Shown here in pieces: positions 28,752 to 38,848 of a stretch of DNA of 64,000 bases. Position numbers and translations under genes: made by a program. The notes beneath the pieces are model-generated. The model did no database searches, was not told the DNA's origin, and worked only from the letters and a program-made list of their open reading frames with translations. Origin of the DNA: Chitinophagaceae bacterium (GTDB lineage Bacteria > Bacteroidota > Bacteroidia > Chitinophagales > Chitinophagaceae); contig CANFHA010000009.1 in assembly GCA_947446645.1 (NCBI GenBank), positions 73,179-137,178 on the forward strand, in the 5' to 3' direction. Positions within the stretch are counted from its first letter, which is position 1, and each line of letters begins with the position of its first letter.

Positions 28752-30434
28752 ATGTTATCAGAAGTTTTTTCAAAAAAGCACCTCAAAAAGGACTTTCTTT
28801 CCGGTCTTATAGTATTTCTTATCGCCCTGCCGCTGTGTCTGGGTATTGCCCAGGCCAGTCACGCACCACTGTTCGCCGGTGTAGTTGCGGGTATAGTAGG
28901 AGGCATTGTTATTGGCGCGCTTAGTGGATCCCATCTCAGTGTGTCAGGGCCAGCCGCTGGTCTTACAGCCATAGTGCTGGTCGCCATCACAGAGCTCAAT
29001 GCGTTCGAAATATTTTTATGCTCGGTTATTATTGCGGGCGTCATCCAGGTTATCATTGGGTACCTCAAGGCAGGGGCAATAGCTAATTATATACCTGCAA
29101 GTGTACTTGAGGGAATGCTGGCCGGCATAGGGCTTACTATTATTATTAAGCAGTTGCCGGATGCCGTTGGGTTTGCTAAAAACAAAGCAGCCGTAATGGT
29201 TGATGCTGATGATGGCTTCCTGGTGAACACAATTTCAACAGCTACGCAGCACATACAGGCAGGCGCAGTCGTTATCGCTCTTGTTGGCTTGGCGTTACTT
29301 ATACTGTGGCAAACTAAAACGTTTAAAAAGATTAGTCTTATACCCGCTGGCCTGGTAGTAGTGCTCGCAGGTACGCTGATCAATGCCCTTTTTATCAGCG
29401 CTGCACCTCAGCTGGCGTTAGATAGTTCTCACCTGGTGAAATTGCCCATGCCATCCTCTGCTGGCGACTTTTTCCGCCAGTTCTCTTTGCCAGACTTTAG
29501 AGGATTTGGTTCTCTAAAGGTGTGGGAAACCGGCATTGTCATTGCCGTAGTTGCTTCTATAGAAACACTGTTATGCATTGAAGCTACTGATAAGCTGGAT
29601 CCGCTCAAGCGCTATACGCCAGCTGACCGTGAGCTGAAAGCGCAGGGAATAGGCAATATCGTAAGCGGCTTCCTGGGCGGTTTACCTATTACATCGGTTA
29701 TCGTGCGCTCCTCTGCCAATGTGAATGCAGGTGCACAGACAAAACGTTCTGCCATTTTTCATGGCGTGCTGCTGCTGCTGTGCGCGGCATCTATACCGGC
29801 GCTGCTCAATCTTATACCTAAGGCTGCACTCGCCGCTATACTTATTTTCACCGGTTACAGGCTCTGCAAACCTGCTGTGTTCAAGCATATGTGGAAAGGC
29901 GGATGGACACAATTTGTACCATTCGTAGCCACGGTTGTAGGTGTTGTGTCGCTCGATCTGCTTAAAGGCGTAGGCATAGGCCTGCTCCTCAGCATTTTTT
30001 ACATCCTCCGTCAGAATATCCGCATCCCTTACTACTATCAGCGCAGCACATTCAGCGAGGGCGACCTCATAAAGCTGAAGCTGGCTCAGGAAGTTTCGTT
30101 CCTTAACAAGGCTAGCATTAAAGAAACACTGGAAAAGTTGCCGGAAAACAGCAAAGTGATTATTGACGCCAGCCAAACACAGTATATAGACTTCGATGTG
30201 CTCGACATCATCAGGGAGTTTTATAAAGTACAGGCCAAAGAAAAGAAGATAGATATGTCGCTGGTAGGTTTTAAAAACGTGTACAAGCTGCCTGCTACAA
30301 TACCGGAGCGCGATATAGTATCTGGCTTCCTCAATAAAAATGAAGTACCGGTACGCTCCTCAGGAGACCATAGGAAGCTCCTCGCCCAATTGAAAAAACA
30401 TTTGAATAACAATACTAAACCATCTGCAGCATGA
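28752..30434 (+). CDS. SulP family anion transporter
   Basis: ALPLCLGIA, SGPAAGL, RELKAQG.GN, GGLPITSVIVRSSAN; STAS-like tail. Confidence 0.95.
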   Translation: MLSEVFSKKHLKKDFLSGLIVFLIALPLCLGIAQASHAPLFAGVVAGIVGGIVIGALSGSHLSVSGPAAGLTAIVLVAITELNAFEIFLCSVIIAGVIQVIIGYLKAGAIANYIPASVLEGMLAGIGLTIIIKQLPDAVGFAKNKAAVMVDADDGFLVNTISTATQHIQAGAVVIALVGLALLILWQTKTFKKISLIPAGLVVVLAGTLINALFISAAPQLALDSSHLVKLPMPSSAGDFFRQFSLPDFRGFGSLKVWETGIVIAVVASIETLLCIEATDKLDPLKRYTPADRELKAQGIGNIVSGFLGGLPITSVIVRSSANVNAGAQTKRSAIFHGVLLLLCAASIPALLNLIPKAALAAILIFTGYRLCKPAVFKHMWKGGWTQFVPFVATVVGVVSLDLLKGVGIGLLLSIFYILRQNIRIPYYYQRSTFSEGDLIKLKLAQEVSFLNKASIKETLEKLPENSKVIIDASQTQYIDFDVLDIIREFYKVQAKEKKIDMSLVGFKNVYKLPATIPERDIVSGFLNKNEVPVRSSGDHRKLLAQLKKHLNNNTKPSAA

Positions 30435-31060
30435 TAGACTATTCAGTAGAATCAAAGACCGTAACTCCGGCAGAAGCCCTGCTGAGACTTAAAGAAGGGA
30501 ATTTCCGCTTCATAAATAATATGCTGCAGCACAAAGATCTGCTTACCAGCGTAGACCAGACCAAGGATGGCCAGACACCCTATGCGGCTATATTCAGCTG
30601 CATGGATTCCCGCACATCTGCCGAGCTGGTTTTCGACCAGGGCGTAGGTGATATTTTCAGCATTCGCATTGCTGGCAATGTTATTACCGATGGTATTCTG
30701 GGCAGCCTTGAATATGCTACGGCCGTCGCCGGAGCCAGCCTTATACTGGTGATGGGCCATACCAATTGTGGTGCAATAAAAGGCGCCTGCGACCATGTGA
30801 AAGGCGGACATCTTTCTGCTTTGCTGGAGCGCATTGACCCGGCGTTGGAGCAAGCAAATACCCTGTTCCCCGGTGAGCGGTCAAGCGCTAACAACGATTA
30901 TGTAGCCGCGGTCACTAAGTTCAATATTGAACATGCGATGGCAGAGATATTACGCCGCAGCGAAATGATAAGGGAGCTGGTAGAAAGTAAAAAGGTGGCC
31001 ATTGCACCAGCCGTGTACGACGTAGCTACGGGCAAGGTAGATTTCAATGGATTTAATTAA
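30431..31060 (+). CDS. beta-class carbonic anhydrase
   Basis: CMDSR and GHTNCGA Zn ligands; GSLEYA. Confidence 0.95.
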   Translation: MIDYSVESKTVTPAEALLRLKEGNFRFINNMLQHKDLLTSVDQTKDGQTPYAAIFSCMDSRTSAELVFDQGVGDIFSIRIAGNVITDGILGSLEYATAVAGASLILVMGHTNCGAIKGACDHVKGGHLSALLERIDPALEQANTLFPGERSSANNDYVAAVTKFNIEHAMAEILRRSEMIRELVESKKVAIAPAVYDVATGKVDFNGFN

Positions 31061-31082
31061 TTCCCAGAAAGAAGATAAGCTA

Positions 31083-31109
31083 AAGGCTGCCCCTCCAGGT
31101 AGCTTTTTT
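31083..31109 (+). terminator. probable intrinsic terminator
   Basis: aaggctgcc/ggtagcttt stem with G-U pairs followed by a T run. Confidence 0.55.
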
Positions 31110-31163
31110 GCTTACCGCCATCATCCAAAACAAAAAAATATAACAAATTGTTATTATGCGTGG

Positions 31164-31192
31164 TAACGTTAAACTAATATTGCGGTAACATT
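31164..31192 (+). promoter_or_regulatory. Pho-box-like 11-bp periodic repeats
   Basis: TAACGTT, TAATATT, TAACATT start at 31164, 31175, 31186. Confidence 0.6.
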
Positions 31193-31224
31193 GCAAAATT
31201 CAGACAATAAAATACACACACTCA

Positions 31225-32562
31225 ATGAAAAGAACAATTACGAAACTTGGCATTTATTGCTCTTTACTCCTGTCTATGAGCGGCACAGCTATGGCACAGG
31301 CTACAGACACAGTTGAAGAATTCAAGCCAAGTGGCAAGCTGTGGGGTTACGCTTTTGGAGATTATGCCTACAAGGGAAGTTCGGACAATATTGGCCAGAA
31401 CAATGCGGCTGTATATCGTGGAGGCTTAAATCAGTATACAGGTATGCCGGTAAGTACCAGCCTGTTCCAGTTCCGTCGTGTCTATCTCGGCTACAACTAT
31501 GATATAAGCAAGCGCTTTTCGGCAGAATTTCTGCTGGCTGCTGAGGATAATTTCAACAATGGCAGCCTGATCCGCCAGGCCGGTGGAGATTTAACTGTCG
31601 ATGGCAAATTCACCCCTTATGTAAAGCTTGCCAACATACGCTGGAAAAACTTTTGGCGCAATACTGACCTGGTTATCGGTTCACAGTCCACTCCTTCCTT
31701 CGCTAAAACAGGCAGGAACGACCAGACCTCTGAAGAGATATGGGCATATCGCTCAGTTGAAAGAACAATTACTGATATACGCCGTACACTGTCATTCGAC
31801 ATGGGCGCCAGCCTCCAGGGTTGGTTCGATCATGACGGTAAATTCGGCTATGACGTGATGGTATCAAACGGTACCGGCCCCCGCCCGGAAATAGACCAGT
31901 ACAGGTTGTTCTCTGGCGATGTGTACGCAAAGTTTCTCGACCGTCGTCTGATTATCAATATCTACCAGGACTATCAGCGGCTCAACTGGGGCGTAGGTGT
32001 AGGTGGTCATAACGGCCCCTGGTACCACGACCGCAATATGACCAAAGTTTTTGCGGCATGGAATACACGCCTGCTCACGGTAGGTGCAGAAGTATTTATG
32101 AATACCCTGATGGGTGACACACGTGTAATAGGGTTTGACAACAATGTTTATTATCGTACCACTAAGGCTATGGGCATGTCATTCTTTGTGCGCGGCCGCA
32201 TATTATCCAATCCCCAGGGCAACCAGCTGCTTGGCTTCTTCGCCCGTTATGACAACTATGACCCTACAGGCAACCTAAGCAATGTTGCAGGCGAGGCAAA
32301 TTCCAGGTCTTATTTGGGTATGGGTGATACTTACGAACCGACAACAAAGGAGCAGTTCGTAACTTTTGGTCTTGACTTTACACCGTTTAAGAACATCCAC
32401 TTCATGCCGAATGTGTGGATGAACTCTTATAATTCAGGTCTTGCTGCAGATGGTGTCAACAAATACGGCACACCATACGCAGCTATGAATTCGAATGTAT
32501 CAGGCGTTAAAGGCACAGATGCAGTTTACCGCCTCACATTCTACTACGTTTACGGCAAATAA
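31225..32562 (+). CDS. putative phosphate-uptake porin, paralog 1
   Basis: Signal peptide, FQFRRVYLGYNY, beta-strand pattern, C-terminal YYVYGK; upstream of pst operon. Confidence 0.8.
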   Translation: MKRTITKLGIYCSLLLSMSGTAMAQATDTVEEFKPSGKLWGYAFGDYAYKGSSDNIGQNNAAVYRGGLNQYTGMPVSTSLFQFRRVYLGYNYDISKRFSAEFLLAAEDNFNNGSLIRQAGGDLTVDGKFTPYVKLANIRWKNFWRNTDLVIGSQSTPSFAKTGRNDQTSEEIWAYRSVERTITDIRRTLSFDMGASLQGWFDHDGKFGYDVMVSNGTGPRPEIDQYRLFSGDVYAKFLDRRLIINIYQDYQRLNWGVGVGGHNGPWYHDRNMTKVFAAWNTRLLTVGAEVFMNTLMGDTRVIGFDNNVYYRTTKAMGMSFFVRGRILSNPQGNQLLGFFARYDNYDPTGNLSNVAGEANSRSYLGMGDTYEPTTKEQFVTFGLDFTPFKNIHFMPNVWMNSYNSGLAADGVNKYGTPYAAMNSNVSGVKGTDAVYRLTFYYVYGK

Positions 32563-32586
32563 TATAACAACATTAAAATACTACAA

Positions 32587-32615
32587 GCACCGCATCATTC
32601 ATGCGGTGTTTTTTT
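32587..32615 (+). terminator. intrinsic terminator
   Basis: gcaccgcat-cattc-atgcggtgt followed by a T run. Confidence 0.85.
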
Positions 32616-32734
32616 ATGTGGTCTGCCTGCCCGTAGGAAGGCGGGTTGTATCGCGAACCTTATTATATGTACCATCAGCATAGGCGAAATACCTACAGGC
32701 ACCGCCAATAAATATAAAAGTATATCATGGGACT

Positions 32735-32773
32735 TAACATTAAGTTAATATGCGGGTAATATTGGCGTAACAT
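32735..32773 (+). promoter_or_regulatory. Pho-box-like 11-bp periodic repeats (four copies)
   Basis: TAACAT, TAATAT, TAATAT, TAACAT at 32735, 32746, 32757, 32768. Confidence 0.7.
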
Positions 32774-32802
32774 GGCAATAGTTCCTTTGCATTTAATTAA
32801 AC

Positions 32803-34143
32803 ATGCACAGAATGACCAAATTATTTTCTAAAGCGGGCCTATACTGCTCGCTATTTCTATCCCTGGCTGGCGCGGCACAAGCGCAGTCTGCGGATACAGT
32901 CGCGGAATTCAAACCGGGCGGTAAAGTATGGGGCTATGCTTTTGGCGATTTCGCCTACAAAGGCTCAGCCGATAACTTAGGCACCACTAATCCGCCGGTA
33001 GGCCGTGGCGGTGCGAACCAGTACACCAATATGCAGACGGATGCCAGCTTATTCCAGTTCCGCCGTGTATACCTTGGTTATAACTACGACATCAGCCCTC
33101 GTTTCTCTGCGGAGTTCCTGCTCGCAGCAGAAGATAACTTTAACGGTGGCTTGATAAATGAAGGCGCCGGCGACATAATGGTAGACGGTAAATTCAGCCC
33201 TTATGTAAAGCTTGCAAACGTTCGCTGGAAAAATCTTTGGCATAATACAGACCTCGTTATTGGCTCACAGGCTACTCCTGGATTCGCTAAGACCGGCCGC
33301 AACGACCAGACAGCTGAGGAAGTATGGGCCTACCGTTCAATAGAAAGGACCATAACTGATATCCGCCGCACACCTTCATTCGATATGGGTGTTAGCCTCC
33401 AGGGCTGGTTCGATCGTGATGGAAAATTTGGTTATGATGTTATGGTGTCCAACGGAAGCGCAGCAAGGCCTGAAACTGACCCCTATAAAGCATTCCAGGG
33501 AAATGTTTATGCTAAATTCTTCAACAAGCGTTTGATCATTGATATCTACCAGGATTATCAGCGCCTGCATTGGGGTACTTACGATAAAGGATTTAACGGA
33601 CCTCTGTACCACGATCGTAACATGACCAAATTATTTGCTGCATGGAATTCCAAAATGCTTACAGTGGGTGCCGAAGTTTTCCAGAACACTTTACTGGGCG
33701 ACGTGAAGGTTACCGGCAAAGACGGTAATACTTACTACCGCACCACAAAAGCAATGGGTCTGTCGTTCTTTGTTCGCGGCCGCATCCTTTCTAATCCACA
33801 GGGAAACCAGCTGCTTGGTTACTTCGCGCGCTACGACAATTATGACCCTAGCGGTAACCTGTCAAACATTGTAAGTGAAGTAAATACAAGGTCATATACA
33901 GCGCAGTCATCTACCTACGAGCCCTCTACAAAAGAGCAGTTCGTAACTTTTGGTCTCGACTTTACACCGTTCAAGAACGTTCACTTTATGCCAAATGTTT
34001 GGTTGAATACGTACACCTCGGCGCTTGCATATGATGGCAGGGAAGGCAACACTACTTACGCTTCTATGAACTCAAACGTTACAGGTATCAAGGGTACAGA
34101 CGCTGTTTATCGCCTCACCTTCTACTACGTTTACGGAAAATAA
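32803..34143 (+). CDS. putative phosphate-uptake porin, paralog 2
   Basis: Long blocks identical to 31225..32562; first gene of the pst operon. Confidence 0.8.
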   Translation: MHRMTKLFSKAGLYCSLFLSLAGAAQAQSADTVAEFKPGGKVWGYAFGDFAYKGSADNLGTTNPPVGRGGANQYTNMQTDASLFQFRRVYLGYNYDISPRFSAEFLLAAEDNFNGGLINEGAGDIMVDGKFSPYVKLANVRWKNLWHNTDLVIGSQATPGFAKTGRNDQTAEEVWAYRSIERTITDIRRTPSFDMGVSLQGWFDRDGKFGYDVMVSNGSAARPETDPYKAFQGNVYAKFFNKRLIIDIYQDYQRLHWGTYDKGFNGPLYHDRNMTKLFAAWNSKMLTVGAEVFQNTLLGDVKVTGKDGNTYYRTTKAMGLSFFVRGRILSNPQGNQLLGYFARYDNYDPSGNLSNIVSEVNTRSYTAQSSTYEPSTKEQFVTFGLDFTPFKNVHFMPNVWLNTYTSALAYDGREGNTTYASMNSNVTGIKGTDAVYRLTFYYVYGK

Positions 34144-34186
34144 TATTGTTTCTAAGTATAGCTTAATCGTTTAAAAACAAATAAAT

Positions 34187-35293
34187 ATGAAAATTTTAAA
34201 GAGCATCGCCCTTTCAGGTCTGGCACTTGCCATAGCCGGAGCCATGTCACTCACAAGCTGCAATGGCGGCGGCAATACTTCGAAATCAGATAGTACTGCA
34301 AATGCATCGTCAGGCGAGGAAAACACGATTCTCGGTGCTGGCGCTACCTTCCCTAATCCGCTTTACTCAAAAATGTTCTCTGAGTATAACAAGCTGAACG
34401 GTCTGAAGGTTAACTACCAGTCTATCGGTTCAGGTGGCGGCATACAGCAGCTTACCAGTAAGACAGTAGACTTCGGTGCTTCTGACGCGCCACTCAACGG
34501 CAAGCAGGACTCAGCTCTTTCTGCACCGGCAGTACATATCCCTATCACTGCAGGCGCGGTTGTTATTACTTACAACCTGCCCGATGTAAAGGATACGCTT
34601 ATGCTCACTCCTGATCTTTTGGCCAAAATATTCCTGGGCAAGATCACCAAATGGAACGACCCGGCTATCATGGCTGCTAACAAAGGTGCTAAACTTCCGG
34701 CTACTACTATAGTTATTTCTCACCGTTCTGACGGTAGCGGCACTACCAACATCTTTACTACTTACCTGAGCAAGGTGAGCAAAGATTGGGAAAGCGGACC
34801 AGGCAAAGGATCTTCTATTAACTGGCCTGCAGGCGTTGGTGGAAAAGGTAACGAAGGTGTTGCCGGCTATGTAAAGCAAACTCCGGGCTGCATTGGCTAC
34901 GTAGAGCTTGCTTACGCTATGCAGAACAACATGGCATTTGCTAAAATGCAGAACAAGGCGGGTAAATTCATCCTGCCAAGCATAGCCAGCATCACTGCTG
35001 CTGCAAACATCGAGATTCCTGCTGATGCCAAGGTTTCACTTACCAACACAGAGGCAGCCGATGGCTACCCGATCTCAGGCCTTACCTGGATACTCGTGTA
35101 CAAAGAGCAGAAATACAACAACCGCTCGCTCGACAAGGTTACAAAAATGCTGAAACTGGTACAGTGGATGATACACGACGCACAGCAATATTGCGCACCG
35201 CTCAACTATGCACCACTTTCTGACAAAGCAGTAGCCGTTGGTGATGCACAGTTGAAGTCAATAACCTTTGATGGTAAGCCGGTATTGCAATAA
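34187..35293 (+). CDS. pstS: phosphate ABC transporter substrate-binding lipoprotein
   Basis: GAGATFP, YQSIGSGGG, DFGASD, HRSDGSGTT, GKGNEGV. Confidence 0.97.
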   Translation: MKILKSIALSGLALAIAGAMSLTSCNGGGNTSKSDSTANASSGEENTILGAGATFPNPLYSKMFSEYNKLNGLKVNYQSIGSGGGIQQLTSKTVDFGASDAPLNGKQDSALSAPAVHIPITAGAVVITYNLPDVKDTLMLTPDLLAKIFLGKITKWNDPAIMAANKGAKLPATTIVISHRSDGSGTTNIFTTYLSKVSKDWESGPGKGSSINWPAGVGGKGNEGVAGYVKQTPGCIGYVELAYAMQNNMAFAKMQNKAGKFILPSIASITAAANIEIPADAKVSLTNTEAADGYPISGLTWILVYKEQKYNNRSLDKVTKMLKLVQWMIHDAQQYCAPLNYAPLSDKAVAVGDAQLKSITFDGKPVLQ

Positions 35294-35307
35294 GTGCTAC
35301 CCAAATA

Positions 35308-36300
35308 ATGATGGAACAATCTGTTGATATAAAAGTGACTACCCGCCCCGGCAAAGATGCCGGGCGGGTAGTTTCGGTAAAAAAAACCAGTACCGTGAGC
35401 AGTAACAAGCGTATCAGGCGTTCTTTCCGGCAAATTCGTACAGAAAATGTTTTCAGGCGCATGCTTGTTATTGTTGCCCTGTGCATGATCGTCCTGGTGC
35501 TCGGCATCATGGTTACACTGGCAGTGCAGTCTACACTGTCGTTTAAGTCCGCTGGTTTTAGTTACCTCTGGGGCAAAACGTGGGATCCGGTAAGAGACGT
35601 TTTCGGTGCATATCCTTTCATACTGGGTACACTGCTTACTTCTTTCCTGGCGTTAATTATTTCAATTCCGTTTTCTTTTGCAGTCGCAGTATTTCTTGGT
35701 GAATATTACCCCACAGGCTGGTTACCAAATCTCCTGAAGAATACAGTAGAGCTCATAGCTGCAGTGCCTTCAGTGATCTACGGTTTCTGGGGCCTGGCAG
35801 TGCTCGTTCCTATCGTCAGGAGCTTCGAGACTTCTATTGGTGTTGAGCCGGTAGGCATTGGCATTTTTACTTCATCGCTTATATTGGCTATCATGATCAT
35901 TCCCTATGCTGCTTCGCTCGGCCGGTCTATGATCCACATGGTGCCGTCCAATCTTAAAGAAGCTGCATATTCCCTCGGTGCTACACGCTGGGAGGTTATC
36001 CGCAGTGTTATTTTTCCATACACCAAGTCTGGCCTGTTTGCAGGTGTGTTGCTTTCATTAGGCCGCGCTCTTGGTGAAACAATGGCCGTTACCATGGTCA
36101 TTGGCAATACCAGTCTTATACCCAAAAGCATTTTTTCTCCCGGCAATACTATGGCCAGTGTCATAGCAAACGAATTTACAGAGGCAGACCATCCTGTTTA
36201 CCTCTCTGCACTTATTGAGCTTGGCCTGGTGCTGTTCCTGGTTACCGTTGTCATTAATATGGTAGGCAAGCGAATGGTAAGCAGCTTTACAAACGAATAA
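35308..36300 (+). CDS. pstC: phosphate ABC transporter permease
   Basis: ELIAAVPSVIYGFWG, GRALGETMAVTMVIGN. Confidence 0.96.
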   Translation: MMEQSVDIKVTTRPGKDAGRVVSVKKTSTVSSNKRIRRSFRQIRTENVFRRMLVIVALCMIVLVLGIMVTLAVQSTLSFKSAGFSYLWGKTWDPVRDVFGAYPFILGTLLTSFLALIISIPFSFAVAVFLGEYYPTGWLPNLLKNTVELIAAVPSVIYGFWGLAVLVPIVRSFETSIGVEPVGIGIFTSSLILAIMIIPYAASLGRSMIHMVPSNLKEAAYSLGATRWEVIRSVIFPYTKSGLFAGVLLSLGRALGETMAVTMVIGNTSLIPKSIFSPGNTMASVIANEFTEADHPVYLSALIELGLVLFLVTVVINMVGKRMVSSFTNE

Positions 36301-36304
36301 TCAA

Positions 36305-37150
36305 ATGGCGAATCACGTAAAATACAGGATAGGTAAAAGCAGGGTATTCCAGGGTCTTACAATACTCCTGGCATTCGCTTGCGTCGTGCCCCTCATTTTC
36401 ATTCTTATATATATCCTGCAGGCTGGTCTTACCAAGATCAACTGGCAGTTTCTTACTAATCTGCCCAAACCGGTTGGCGAGAAAGGCGGTGGCATAGCCA
36501 ACGCGCTTATAGGCAGCATAATGATCATTCTCTGCGCTTCTGTTATTGCAATACCCTTCGGCATACTTTGCGGTATATACCTTAGCGAAAACAAGAAGAG
36601 CAGGCTAGCCTACTGGAGCCGCCTTTGTGTAGACATTCTGCAGGGCGTACCATCTATCGTTATTGGTATTGTAGCCTATTTCTGGCTGGTAAAACCACTT
36701 GGTGGCTTCTCAGCAATATCCGGTAGCGTGGCGCTTGCCATCATGATGTTGCCCATAATCATCCGCTCTACCGAGGAAACTTTGAAGCTCCTTCCCGATT
36801 CACTTCGCGAAGCAGCATATGCATTGGGCATGCCCTTTCATCGTGTGGTGCTAAAGGTTATCGTTCCCTGTGGCATCAGTGGTATTATGTCCGGTGTTAT
36901 GCTGGCGGTAGCCAGGATAGCCGGTGAAACCGCACCTTTATTATTTACCGCGTTCGGCAATCCCTACATGTCCTTCAATATGATGAAGCCCATGCAGAGC
37001 ATGCCCCTCCTCATATTCAATTATGCTACCAGTCCCTACAACGACTGGCACGACCTCGCATGGGGCGCTTCCTGCATCCTGCTGATATGGGTGCTGGCAT
37101 TAAACATTTTTACAAAGGTGATAACTAGAAAATGGAAAGTACAATTGTAA
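36305..37150 (+). CDS. pstA: phosphate ABC transporter permease
   Basis: GVPSIVIG, ARIAGETAPL. Confidence 0.96.
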   Translation: MANHVKYRIGKSRVFQGLTILLAFACVVPLIFILIYILQAGLTKINWQFLTNLPKPVGEKGGGIANALIGSIMIILCASVIAIPFGILCGIYLSENKKSRLAYWSRLCVDILQGVPSIVIGIVAYFWLVKPLGGFSAISGSVALAIMMLPIIIRSTEETLKLLPDSLREAAYALGMPFHRVVLKVIVPCGISGIMSGVMLAVARIAGETAPLLFTAFGNPYMSFNMMKPMQSMPLLIFNYATSPYNDWHDLAWGASCILLIWVLALNIFTKVITRKWKVQL

Positions 37151-37890
37151 AGTCAATTAATTACAACGCTTACTTCGGCGACAATCACGTGGTGAAAGAC
37201 GTGAACATGGATATACCGAGGAATCACGTTATTGCCGTTATGGGTCCGTCGGGCTGCGGTAAAACCACCTTCCTGCGTGGTATCAACCGCATGCACGAGC
37301 TCATACCAGGTGCCACCGCCAAAGGCCAGATAATGCTTAACAATGAAGACGTAATGGAAATGCACCCCATCTTCGTTCGTCTCAAAATAGGCATGGTCTT
37401 CCAGCGTCCTAATCCATTCCCCAACCTCAGCATTTACGACAACGTAATAGCAGGGTATAAGCTGAATGGCATTAAGCTGCCCAAAGCAGAAAAGGACCGC
37501 ATAGTAGAGCACTCGCTCACCCGTGTAGCACTGTGGAAAGAAGTAAAGGATTCCCTTACCAAAAAGGGTTCATTTCTCTCCGGTGGTCAGCAGCAACGCC
37601 TGTGTATAGCACGTGCCGTAGCCATGGAGCCGGAGGTGCTGCTCTTCGATGAGCCAACCTCGGCACTCGATCCTATCTCTACGTCTACTGTAGAGGAGTT
37701 GTTTCATGAGCTCAAAAAGAACTATACCCTTATTATAGTCACGCACAACATGCAGCAGGCTGCCCGCGTCAGCGATCGTACCGCCTTCTTCTACATGGGT
37801 GAGCTGGTGGAGTACGACATCACGAAAAACATGTTTACCAACCCTAAGGACACCCGCACACAAAACTACATCACCGGCAGATTCAGCTAA
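37132..37890 (+). CDS. pstB: phosphate ABC transporter ATPase
   Basis: GPSGCGKT, LSGGQQQRLCIAR, DEPTSALDP, VTHNMQQA. Confidence 0.97.
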   Translation: MESTIVKSINYNAYFGDNHVVKDVNMDIPRNHVIAVMGPSGCGKTTFLRGINRMHELIPGATAKGQIMLNNEDVMEMHPIFVRLKIGMVFQRPNPFPNLSIYDNVIAGYKLNGIKLPKAEKDRIVEHSLTRVALWKEVKDSLTKKGSFLSGGQQQRLCIARAVAMEPEVLLFDEPTSALDPISTSTVEELFHELKKNYTLIIVTHNMQQAARVSDRTAFFYMGELVEYDITKNMFTNPKDTRTQNYITGRFS

Positions 37891-37912
37891 AAAAAGACAA
37901 TAGAATTATAGT

Positions 37913-38587
37913 ATGACACAGTTAGAGAACGAGATCCGTGACATTAAGTTGGAAGTGCTGAGCATGTGGAACCTCGTGGAGTCACAGCTCCGCAAGACCC
38001 GCTCCGCCATATTGAATTTCGACCGCGACCTTGCCCGCGAGGTAGTGCTTAAGGAGAAACGCGTTAATGCATTTGAGCTCAAGCTGGATCGCGACTGTGA
38101 AAACATCTTCGCACTCTACTGTCCTGTAGCAGTAGATCTCCGCTTTCTTCTGGCTGTGCTCAAGATCAATAACAACCTGGAGCGTATAGGAGATATTGCA
38201 GAAGGCATAGCAAAATACATTATCGAGGCACTGAGCGATTTTGACCATGACTCGTTCATGGGCACCGACCTTTTAAAAATGTTCGATGATGCCATCAGTA
38301 TTGTGGCTGATACCCGGCTTGCTTTCGAAAAGGAAGACACCATACTGGCCCGCAGCATCTTTAAGCGCGATGAAGTGCTAGATCGCATAAATGCAAATGC
38401 AATAAATAAGCTGGCAGACTGCATCAGGGCTGATACGGGCATTGTCAATGATGCCCTGTATGTGCTATCCATCATTCGCAAACTGGAGCGAGTAGGCGAC
38501 CAGTCCAAAAACATGGCAGAGGAAGTCATTTTCTTTGTGGAAGCCAAAGTGCTCAAACATGCCGAAGGCAACCCCGCCAACGAATAG
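37913..38587 (+). CDS. phoU: phosphate signalling protein PhoU
   Basis: PVAVDLR, LERIGD, LERVGDQSKN. Confidence 0.96.
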   Translation: MTQLENEIRDIKLEVLSMWNLVESQLRKTRSAILNFDRDLAREVVLKEKRVNAFELKLDRDCENIFALYCPVAVDLRFLLAVLKINNNLERIGDIAEGIAKYIIEALSDFDHDSFMGTDLLKMFDDAISIVADTRLAFEKEDTILARSIFKRDEVLDRINANAINKLADCIRADTGIVNDALYVLSIIRKLERVGDQSKNMAEEVIFFVEAKVLKHAEGNPANE

Positions 38588-38655
38588 CAACTACATTTCT
38601 AAATACAAATAATAAAGCGTCGCCAATATATTGAGTGTGTATTCAGACGCTTTGT

Positions 38656-38681
38656 AAACTCCGGTTCTCCGGGGTTTTTTT
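38656..38681 (+). terminator. intrinsic terminator
   Basis: aaactccgg-ttct-ccggggttt followed by a T run. Confidence 0.8.
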
Positions 38682-38848
38682 ATTTACTTTTTCTAATTAA
38701 TGGTCTGTATGGGCTATTTATTGGCGAGGCATCCTTTTGGTATTATTAGCCGAATAAGCTTTACACCTATACCACCATAAATAAAATCGATGTTACTACA
38801 TGCATGTATGTACATACATTTGTATCGGAATCAAAAAGATCCGCTAAC

